A stretch of DNA of 58,281 nt, taken from positions 1-58,281 of the IMG/VR virus record IMGVR_UViG_3300037465_000050, one strand, 5' to 3'. Of the stretch, positions 1 to 7,477 are shown piece by piece. A model generated the notes under the pieces. It searched no databases. It saw only the letters and a program-made list of their open reading frames with translations, and was not told the DNA's origin. The translations under genes were made by a program, and so were the position numbers. Every line of letters begins with the position of its first letter. Positions within the stretch are counted from its first letter, which is position 1. This stretch comes from a virus. Its lineage: Duplodnaviria; Caudoviricetes.

Positions 1-68
1 GTCGACGGGGCGCCGTCGGGCGAGATCGCGGAGGACTTCGGAACGGGCTTCGTCGCGGTCGTGGACAT
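1..68 (-). CDS. 5' part of hypothetical protein (MSTTATKPVPKSSAISPDGAPS...), runs off window start
   Basis: ATG at 68 preceded by strong SD (CGAAGGAGATC); frame open to position 1. Confidence 0.6.
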   Translation of the reverse strand, partial: MSTTATKPVPKSSAISPDGAPS

Positions 69-71
69 TGT

Positions 72-161
72 GATCTCCTTCGTTGTCGATCGGTTGTCGG
101 CCCTCTGCATCTTCTCCGGGCTTGGGACCGGCGACAGATCGCGCGATCTGTCGGCTGCATT
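72..161 (-). promoter_or_regulatory. Conserved early-gene leader, copy 1, with perfect 22-bp palindrome (132-153)
   Basis: Shares blocks GATCTCCTTCGTT, CCCTCTGC, CGGGCTTGGGACCG and GCYGCATT with 2583-2670; palindrome CGACAGATCGCGCGATCTGTCG. Confidence 0.6.
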
Positions 162-199
162 AGCAAGAGCGCCGGCAGGCCGGCGCTCTCGATCATCGA

Positions 200-781
200 T
201 CATGCGTCATGAACAATCTCGGGCTCGACGACCGTGCCGTGCACCACCTCGCCGCCGCGCACCTCCGCGCGGATCTCGCACTCCTCGGGAGTTGGCAGCC
301 GCCACGGGCACAGGCCTGCGAAGATGCGCAGTCCAGCACTCACATGCTTAGCCGAGATCCCGAGCCCGGCATTGATCGACCTGCCAGCCTCGATTGCGCC
401 CCGGGCCTTGAGCGACCCGCCAGCCTCGATCGTCCAGCCGGCTTCGATCGATCGACCAGATTCGATCGACCCGTCGGCTGCAATCGACCCGCCGGCCTTG
501 ATCGACTCGCCGACTGCAATCGACCAACCGGCTTGGATGGACCAGCCGGCCGCGAGCGAGCTGTGTGCCGTGATCGACATGCCGGCTTTGATCGCACCGC
601 CGGCATCGATCGCCGTACCAGCTCCGACCGCCAGCGGGCCCGCAGCTCTGATCGAGCCATCCACGTACACGGTGCCGAGGTGCGGGGCGAATGTGATCGC
701 GCCGTCGCACTCGATATCGCGCGAGTGCTTGTAGACGTTGTTCTCGTCGAGGTCGGCCTTGGTGATGAGTAGGTCGGTCAC
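200..781 (-). CDS. Hexapeptide-repeat (SIxAGx) beta-helix-like protein, paralog 1 (193 aa)
   Basis: GTG start overlaps upstream stop (GTGA) with GAGGAGG SD; N-cap TDLLITKADLD, repeats, C-cap RIFAGLCPWRLPTPEECEIRAEVRGG. Confidence 0.85.
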   Translation of the reverse strand: MTDLLITKADLDENNVYKHSRDIECDGAITFAPHLGTVYVDGSIRAAGPLAVGAGTAIDAGGAIKAGMSITAHSSLAAGWSIQAGWSIAVGESIKAGGSIAADGSIESGRSIEAGWTIEAGGSLKARGAIEAGRSINAGLGISAKHVSAGLRIFAGLCPWRLPTPEECEIRAEVRGGEVVHGTVVEPEIVHDA

Positions 782-1464
782 GGGGTCACCTCCTCGGGCT
801 CGACGACCGTCCCGTGCACCACCTCGCCGCTGCGCACCTCCGCGCGGATCTCGCACTCCTCGGGAGTTGGCAGCCGCCACGAGCACAGGCCTGCGAAGAT
901 GCGCAGCCCAGCACTCACACGCTGGGCTGTAATCTCGAATCCGGCGTGGATCGACCGGCCAGATCCAATCGACGAGCCGGCGCGGATCGCACAGGCGGCC
1001 TTGATCGACCTGCCGGCTTCGATCACTTTCGCGGCTGTGATCGACCCGTCGGCTGCGATCGACCTGCCGGACTTGATCGACCCGTCGGCCTTGATCCATT
1101 CACCGGCTTCGATCGATCGGCCGGCTTCGATCGATTGGCCGGCCTTGATCCATTGGCCGGCTTCGATCGATCGGCCGGCTTCGATCGATTGGCCGGCCTT
1201 GATCCATTGGCCGGCTTCGATCGATCGGCCGGCTTCGATCGATTGGCCGGCTTCGATCGACTCGCCGACCTTGATCGACTCGCCCACCGCGATCGATGTG
1301 CAAGCGCCAACAGTCAGCGAGCCCGCAGCGCGAATCGAGCCGTTCACGTACACGGTGCCGAGGTCTTCGGCGCACGTGATCGACCCGTCGCACTCGATGT
1401 TGCGCGAGTGCCGGTAGACGTTTTGCGCGTCCAGGTCCGCCTCGGTGATGAGTAGGTTGGTCAC
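778..1464 (-). CDS. Hexapeptide-repeat protein, paralog 2 (228 aa)
   Basis: Same caps and repeats; GTGA coupling; internal 54-bp tandem duplication. Confidence 0.85.
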   Translation of the reverse strand: MTNLLITEADLDAQNVYRHSRNIECDGSITCAEDLGTVYVNGSIRAAGSLTVGACTSIAVGESIKVGESIEAGQSIEAGRSIEAGQWIKAGQSIEAGRSIEAGQWIKAGQSIEAGRSIEAGEWIKADGSIKSGRSIAADGSITAAKVIEAGRSIKAACAIRAGSSIGSGRSIHAGFEITAQRVSAGLRIFAGLCSWRLPTPEECEIRAEVRSGEVVHGTVVEPEEVTP

Positions 1465-2237
1465 GGGGTCACCTCCTCGGGCTCGACGACCGCGCCGTGC
1501 ACCACCTCGCCGCCGCGCACCTCCGCACGGATCTGGTACTCCTCTGCCCTGGGCAGCCGCCACGGGCACAGGCCTGCGAAGATGCGCAGCCCAGCACTCA
1601 CCGATTGGGCCGAGATCCCGAGGCCGGCATTGATCGACCTGCCAGCCTCGATCGACCCGCGGGCCTTGATCGACCCGCCAGCCTCGATCGACCAGCCGGC
1701 TTCGATCGACCTGCCAGCATCGATCGACTTGCCGACTTCGATCGACCTGCCGGCTTCGATCGACCTGCCGGCCTTGAGCGACTTGCCGACTTCGATCGAC
1801 CTGCCGACTTCGATCGACCAGCCGGCCTTGAGCGACTCGCCGGCTTTGAGCGACTCGCCGGCCTTGATCGACCTGGCGGCTGTGATCGACTCGCCGGCTG
1901 CGATCGACTTGCTGGCTGCGATCGACCAGCCGGCTTCGATCGCCACGCCGGCCTTGATCGACTTGCCGACTTCGATCGACTCGCCTGCTCGGATGGACCA
2001 GCCGGCAGTGAGCGACCTGTCGGCGGTGATCGACATGCCGGCCTTGATCGACCTGGCGGCATCGATCGCCGTGCCAGCGCCGACCGCCAGCGGGCCAGCA
2101 ACCCTGATCGAGCCGTTCACGTACACGGTGCCGAGGTTCGCGCCGAATGTGATCGACCCGTCGCACTCGATGTCGCACGAGTGCTTGTAGACGTTGCGCT
2201 CGTCCAGGTCGGCCTTGGTGATGAGTAGGTCGGTCAC
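1461..2237 (-). CDS. Hexapeptide-repeat protein, paralog 3 (258 aa)
   Basis: Same caps; longest repeat tract; GTGA coupling. Confidence 0.85.
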   Translation of the reverse strand: MTDLLITKADLDERNVYKHSCDIECDGSITFGANLGTVYVNGSIRVAGPLAVGAGTAIDAARSIKAGMSITADRSLTAGWSIRAGESIEVGKSIKAGVAIEAGWSIAASKSIAAGESITAARSIKAGESLKAGESLKAGWSIEVGRSIEVGKSLKAGRSIEAGRSIEVGKSIDAGRSIEAGWSIEAGGSIKARGSIEAGRSINAGLGISAQSVSAGLRIFAGLCPWRLPRAEEYQIRAEVRGGEVVHGAVVEPEEVTP

Positions 2238-2578
2238 GGCCGTGCCTCCTCCCGCGCGGCCTCCCGCGCGGCCTGCCGCGCCTCGCACGCGGCGCGGCGC
2301 GCCGCCTCGCAGGCGTCGCAGACTTGCATCCCGTCGCCGTAGGCCGACGCCAGCAGGTACTCCTCGCCGGCACCGAGGTCGACGGGCCCGAGCAGGCGCC
2401 CGTCGCGGGTGCGGATCTCGCCGTCTAGCGTATCCACGATGACGCCGGGGCAGCCGCAGTCGGCGCACTGGTCGCGTTGCGCGGTCACGGCAGCACCGAG
2501 TTCGCTCGGTGACTCGACCGCGTGGACGGTTGCCGGTCCGCGATGAGGGACTTCGACGATCCAGATTCGCGTATTCAT
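2234..2578 (-). CDS. Hypothetical protein with CxxC motifs (MNTRIWIVEVP...)
   Basis: ATG 2578 with AAGGAG SD; CADC and CDAC; stop overlaps next start. Confidence 0.75.
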   Translation of the reverse strand: MNTRIWIVEVPHRGPATVHAVESPSELGAAVTAQRDQCADCGCPGVIVDTLDGEIRTRDGRLLGPVDLGAGEEYLLASAYGDGMQVCDACEAARRAACEARQAAREAAREEARP

Positions 2579-2582
2579 GTTC

Positions 2583-2670
2583 GATCTCCTTCGTTTCAAT
2601 CGGCTTGTGCCTCCCTCTGCGTCTACGGGCTTGGGACCGTTCGCGTCGCACGCGCGACGCGAGCCGCATT
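2583..2670 (-). promoter_or_regulatory. Conserved early-gene leader, copy 2, with near-perfect 22-bp palindrome (2641-2662)
   Basis: Same conserved blocks as 72-161, with a different palindromic sequence at the same offset. Confidence 0.6.
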
Positions 2671-2712
2671 GAGGCGCGGCGCGCGCTTCCTGGCGCGCGC
2701 CGCGATCGTCTA

Positions 2713-3945
2713 TCAGAACGCCAGCTCAATCACCTTGCCTGCCGCGCGGTCGATCTTGACCCGCTCGTCGGTGTGCGCAGTCTGCTGCGACATACGCGTC
2801 AGGCCTGAGGCTATACCCCAGGCGCTGAGCGGCGAAGCGCCGCGCAACTCCGGCATCCCAGTCACGCCGTCGATCGCCGCAACAAGCGTGCGCTGCGGCA
2901 GGCCGACCTTCTTCGCCAACGATTCGGCAACCTCGGCCGAATCGTCGCCGAGCACGAGTGCCATCGCGCGCTTCGTGCGCTCGATCTCCATTTGCGCGCT
3001 TGCACGCGCATAATCGCCGATCGCGATCGACGCATCGCGGAATCGATCTCCAGCGCGATCGCCGAGATGAATCACGCGGAACTGAGTCACGCCCCTCGCG
3101 CCCCAGACGATATGATTGCCGCAGATGCCATCGCAGAGGAAGCCGGTCAGCTCCAGCGAGATCCCGCCGACCTCGCTGTTATGGACCATCACGCCGCGCC
3201 ACAGTGGCGCAGCGCCGGGCAGCTCGATCGGGGTCCGCGGATCGACCAAAAACGCGAAGCAGTCGTGCATCGAACCGTACAGACCGGCCGGTGCGATCAG
3301 ATCGCCGACGTGTACCGCTGTGCCTCCGCCAGGCGCGATCGTCCCGAAAGCATCGACGTCTGCCTGCGTGGCCATGCGCGTCCCGCGCTGGCCTGGCCGC
3401 GCCGGTCGTGCGGGCGGCACGACCCAGCCGTTCTCTGCGAGCCGCCCGATAAAGTCGGCGATCTCGGCGTCCCAGATGCGCCCGTAGCGTGGACTCGTCG
3501 AGCCGCGCACGAGCAGGCCGGTCGAGGTCTCGACCATGAGCAGTGTGCGCTCTTGTGCGTTAGTGCGCTGCCGGTGCGCCTCGCCGAGTGCGGTTGCCGC
3601 GGTTTGCGGTGACAGTGTCCGGAGAAAAGCCGCCGGCGCTCCCACCGACTGGCACTCCTGCGTGAATGCGTGCGTGCTCATACGGGCCTCGGATCCGGTC
3701 GGACCGACGATCACGACCTCTTCGCCGCGCGCGGCGAATGCGAGGCGGTTCGCCGCGATGGGCTGCGTCACGATCGCCGCTTGGCGCTTGCCGCGCGCCC
3801 AGGCTGCCCACTCCTCGATGCTCCCGAAGCGCTCGTCATCGGGCCGCGTCGCCCATTGGGCCGACGCCTCCATCAGGTTGCCGCCGGGCAGCTTGCGCTG
3901 CTGGACCGCGCAGCGGCTGCCGTTCGTCGTTGTCATGCTGACCAT
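2713..3945 (-). CDS. DUF932/DUF945-like phage protein
   Basis: Motifs ASAQWATRPDDERF, SPRYGRIWDAEI, NSEVG, ICGNHIVWG; AAGGAG SD before ATG 3945. Confidence 0.75.
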   Translation of the reverse strand: MVSMTTTNGSRCAVQQRKLPGGNLMEASAQWATRPDDERFGSIEEWAAWARGKRQAAIVTQPIAANRLAFAARGEEVVIVGPTGSEARMSTHAFTQECQSVGAPAAFLRTLSPQTAATALGEAHRQRTNAQERTLLMVETSTGLLVRGSTSPRYGRIWDAEIADFIGRLAENGWVVPPARPARPGQRGTRMATQADVDAFGTIAPGGGTAVHVGDLIAPAGLYGSMHDCFAFLVDPRTPIELPGAAPLWRGVMVHNSEVGGISLELTGFLCDGICGNHIVWGARGVTQFRVIHLGDRAGDRFRDASIAIGDYARASAQMEIERTKRAMALVLGDDSAEVAESLAKKVGLPQRTLVAAIDGVTGMPELRGASPLSAWGIASGLTRMSQQTAHTDERVKIDRAAGKVIELAF

Positions 3946-4393
3946 ATTCGTTCTCCTTCTCGCCTGCGACCGTCCGTCGCGCGGCATCGTACCGCGCGTC
4001 CGCCCGGCACCACGCGGAGGTGGTCGCTTGCCAGGCTAGCGGGCGATGCTTGTCGCACCGTCCGCCGATCTCCTTCGCGCCGCTGCGCCGCCACTCGCCG
4101 GGCTCGGGGCCTCGGTCGCGGGAATCGCTTGCGTCGCCGGCTGTTCTGCTGTCGCCCTTCTTACTTCTTAGAGGCGCCAGCCGTCGGGCCGCCGGGGTCT
4201 GTTCCGGCCTCGGCCCTGCGCTCGCGTTGCCAACGGGACCAATATCCCAGGAATCGGGCATATAGGCCAGGGAAATCCGGGAACACACCGGATGCTGTAA
4301 CCTCCCACGGATCCCGGGTTTACGGCGATGCCCCCGGTTGCGGCTCCGGCCGGGGCTTGCCCGCCCAGGCAGCCTGCGGCGTAGGATGCCGGC

Positions 4394-4690
4394 ATGGCCC
4401 AGACGACACGATCGCGCGCGCTGCGTTCCGGACGCCGCCCCGCCCCCATTGCTCGCACCGCGGCGCGGTGCCCTAGCCTGCGGCTGCGGCGGCTGGCAGC
4501 CAAGTTGTCCGCTCAGGCGCTGGTCGATCTAGTCGCCGCACGTACCGGCTTCTCTATCTCCACATCGACGCTGTACGATTGGGAAGACGAACGGCTCGCG
4601 CTGCGCGTTCCGCTTGTCGCGCGCCGCGCAATCGCGCAGGTGCTCGGCTGCGACGAGTCCGATCTCACGCGCGTGGCGAGGTTGCGGTGA
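4394..4690 (+). CDS. XRE/Cro-like helix-turn-helix regulator
   Basis: LRLRRLAAKLSAQAL...ISTSTLYDWE...IAQVLGC pattern; first gene of rightward operon; start codon uncertain. Confidence 0.7.
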   Translation: MAQTTRSRALRSGRRPAPIARTAARCPSLRLRRLAAKLSAQALVDLVAARTGFSISTSTLYDWEDERLALRVPLVARRAIAQVLGCDESDLTRVARLR

Positions 4691-6120
4691 CAGCAGCCAT
4701 CGCCACGCGCCCAGCCCTATGGCCGCATCAGCGCGCGATGGTCGACCACGCGCGTGCGCGTACCGCTGCGTTGTGGCACTGCGGCATGGGAGTTGGCAAG
4801 ACTGCTGCGGCAATCCACCTTGCTGAGGAGACGTGCGCGCGACTCGTGCTGGTAGTTTGCCCATTGTCCGTCTGTTCGGTTTGGACGCACCAAGTTGCGC
4901 TTCATGGCGACGGTTCATCCGACGTGATCGAGCTTGGCCGCGGCTCTGTCAAGGACCGCGCACTAAGGCTGGCGCGAGCGATCGCATCCGCGAAATCGAA
5001 TCCTGCCCGAACGCTGTACGTCGTCGTCAACTACGACAGCGCATGGAGACCGGCGCTTGCGGCGCCGCTACTTGCGGCGCGCTGGGATCTATTGATCGCA
5101 GACGAATCGCATCGCGGCAAGTCTCCGATGGGCCGCGCATCGCGTTTCTTGGAACGTCTCGCGCCGCAATGCGTGCGCCGCATAGCTCTGACCGGCACGC
5201 CGATGCCACACTCGCCGCTCGACATCTTCGCGCAGTTTCGTTTCCTCGACAGCTCGATCTTCGGTCGCTCGTTCGTGCGCTTCCGGAATCAGTACGCGAT
5301 CGTCGACACGCGCCCTGGGTTTCCGGCTCTGCGCGGATGGCGGAATCAGGATGACCTTGCGCAGCGCATGGCGCGCATCACGTTCTCGGTCGGACGTGAG
5401 GTGCTGACGCTTCCGCCTGCGATCCATGACACGCGCGACGTGACGCTAGATCCAGCAACGCGCCGCGCATACGCGCAGATGGACGAGAACCTCGTAGCAC
5501 AGGTCGGCTCAGGCGTAGTCACAGCAGAGAACGGGCTCGTCCGACTGTTGCGTCTGCAACAGCTTACAAGCGGGTTCTGCTCCGTTGATGCGGATCCGAT
5601 GGACGCGCTCATCACCGGCGCGACTTCCAGCGTGACGAGGATCAGCACCGAGAAGGAAGACGTGCTTGCCGACCTGCTCGAAGACCTGCCGGACGACGAG
5701 CCGATAATCGTCGTATGCCGCTTTCGCCCAGACCTCGATAGCGTCCACGCTGCCGCTGCGCGTCTAAAGCGAGGATCGCTTGAGCTGTCCGGTCGACGCA
5801 AGGAACTTGCAGCATGGCAACAGCCCGGAGCTGCGCCGATCCTCGCACTACAGATTCAGTCGGGCGGTGTCGGAATCGATCTGACGCGCGCGCGCTACAT
5901 GGCGTTCTACTCGCTGGGATTCTCCCTCGGCGACTACGAGCAGGTTCTGGCGCGCGTTCACCGACCAGGCCAGCAGCGCACCGTCTTCTATTACCACCTT
6001 GTCGCGCGCGAAACGGTCGATGGCGTTGTGTATGGCGCGCTGCGTGCAAAGGCGCGCGTGATCGATGCGGTTATCTCGGACATGAAGCAGCGCGCCGAGG
6101 CGCGCGGAACTGGAGGATGA
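4687..6120 (+). CDS. SNF2-like (SF2) DEAD/DEXH helicase
   Basis: GMGVGKT, DESH, LTGTP, GGVGIDL, QVLARVHRPGQ; GTG overlaps HTH stop. Confidence 0.92.
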   Translation: MTAAIATRPALWPHQRAMVDHARARTAALWHCGMGVGKTAAAIHLAEETCARLVLVVCPLSVCSVWTHQVALHGDGSSDVIELGRGSVKDRALRLARAIASAKSNPARTLYVVVNYDSAWRPALAAPLLAARWDLLIADESHRGKSPMGRASRFLERLAPQCVRRIALTGTPMPHSPLDIFAQFRFLDSSIFGRSFVRFRNQYAIVDTRPGFPALRGWRNQDDLAQRMARITFSVGREVLTLPPAIHDTRDVTLDPATRRAYAQMDENLVAQVGSGVVTAENGLVRLLRLQQLTSGFCSVDADPMDALITGATSSVTRISTEKEDVLADLLEDLPDDEPIIVVCRFRPDLDSVHAAAARLKRGSLELSGRRKELAAWQQPGAAPILALQIQSGGVGIDLTRARYMAFYSLGFSLGDYEQVLARVHRPGQQRTVFYYHLVARETVDGVVYGALRAKARVIDAVISDMKQRAEARGTGG

Positions 6121-6124
6121 CTTA

Positions 6125-6631
6125 ATGGAACATGCACAGAGCATCGACGGCGCTGCCCGCGCGATCGAGCCGATGCGACGGCTCGCCGCGCTACACTTCC
6201 AAATCGAAGGCACCGAGGCGCAGCTCAAGGCGCTGAAAGCCGAGGCTGAGAGTTTGGAGCAAGTCTGCCTGGCGACGTTCGTCGAGATGGGCATCGACTC
6301 GCTACCGCTCGCGATCGACGGCCAGCCTGTAAGCGTGCACCTGCACCGCACGTTGCGCACGACGAAGGCCGATGGAGTCGAAATGCAGGCTGCCGTCGAC
6401 GCACTCAAGGATGCCGGACTAGGCTGGCTCGTGCGCGAGCAGTACGTCGCACAGACGCTCGGCAGCTGGGTGCGCGAAGAACTTGCAGCAGGTCGCGTGC
6501 TGCCGCCGACGTTGACGACGCTGTTCGACATCCGTGAGATAACCGATGTGCGTGTCACACGCACGACGAGGCAGGAATCCGCGAGTTCGCGCGCGGCGAA
6601 AACACTACGCGCGCAGTCGAAGACCGAGTAG
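6125..6631 (+). CDS. Hypothetical replication-module protein (N-terminal coiled coil)
   Basis: GGAGG SD; position between helicase and SSB-like gene. Confidence 0.75.
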   Translation: MEHAQSIDGAARAIEPMRRLAALHFQIEGTEAQLKALKAEAESLEQVCLATFVEMGIDSLPLAIDGQPVSVHLHRTLRTTKADGVEMQAAVDALKDAGLGWLVREQYVAQTLGSWVREELAAGRVLPPTLTTLFDIREITDVRVTRTTRQESASSRAAKTLRAQSKTE

Positions 6632-6649
6632 CCAGAAGGAGGACCCGTC

Positions 6650-7462
6650 ATGCCCGATATCGTTCCGTACAAGTCCACGCTTCCGCAGATCGCAGACGAC
6701 TCGGCTCCTACAGAGCTGATCGAGGCGATCGAATCGAACGCCGACATCGGCCTACGCGACCTGCCGCGCCTCAAGATCCCGCGCGGCGGATCAACGGTGT
6801 GGGAGGTCCGAACGGGCGAAGGCGTAGAGGCCGAGAAACACCTCGATGTCGTGTTGCTGGCCGTCTACGCCAAGCAACGCGCATGGTGGGCGCATGACGT
6901 CTCGGACGGCGATCTTACTCCGCCGGATTGTTCCTCGATCGATGGCCTGAATGGCATCGGCAACAATAGGCTCGATCTCGCGCCGGAAGGTGCCGGCGAG
7001 CACGACTGCATCACGTGCACGAACAGCGCGTGGGGAAGCTCACGCAAGGGCGGCCGTGGAAAGGACTGCTCCGAGTTCGCCATCGCACTCGTGCTGCATT
7101 CGCGCAACTTCCTGCCCACGTGGCTCAAGATCCCTCCGACGTCGCTCAAGGCGATGAAACAATATTCGCTCGACCTGATGAACCTGCGGCAGAAGTCGAC
7201 AGACGTGCTTACGCGCATCAAGGCGAAAGCTGTCGGTGACGGCCAGATTCAGTACGCCGTGCTGGAGTTCGCCGTCGCAGCTAGACTTTCTGCCGAGGAG
7301 TCCGCGCGCTCGCGCAGGCTGGCCGAGTCGTTGCGCGGACGGTTCGCACCGCGGCGCCTGGACATGGGAACGATAGCGCACGCCGAAACTGGCCGCGACA
7401 ACGAGCTGGGCGGATCGGTCGAGCGCCCGGCAACGATGGACGATCTCGGGCAGGAATCGTGA
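6650..7462 (+). CDS. Putative ssDNA-binding/annealing protein with Cys cluster
   Basis: LPRLKIPRGG, PPDCSSIDG, CITC..SAWGS, GKDC, IPPTSLK; acidic C-terminus; AGGAGG SD. Confidence 0.55.
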   Translation: MPDIVPYKSTLPQIADDSAPTELIEAIESNADIGLRDLPRLKIPRGGSTVWEVRTGEGVEAEKHLDVVLLAVYAKQRAWWAHDVSDGDLTPPDCSSIDGLNGIGNNRLDLAPEGAGEHDCITCTNSAWGSSRKGGRGKDCSEFAIALVLHSRNFLPTWLKIPPTSLKAMKQYSLDLMNLRQKSTDVLTRIKAKAVGDGQIQYAVLEFAVAARLSAEESARSRRLAESLRGRFAPRRLDMGTIAHAETGRDNELGGSVERPATMDDLGQES

Positions 7463-7477
7463 TCGACGGGCGCAGCC

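Noticed and set aside
209-2228. Plus-strand and alternative-frame ORFs over the repeat genes (for example 234-734, 899-1417, 1582-2190)
   Set aside because: Shadow ORFs caused by the near-palindromic TCGATCGA repeat in GC-rich DNA; no SD or coupling
200-2237. Diversity-generating retroelement (variable codons are mostly NNG, as if derived from AAG)
   Set aside because: No reverse transcriptase or non-coding template repeat recognised; all four copies are intact genes; exceptions such as CAA and CGA exist
200-2237. CRISPR-like array
   Set aside because: Repeats are 18-bp in-frame coding units without unique spacers; no cas genes
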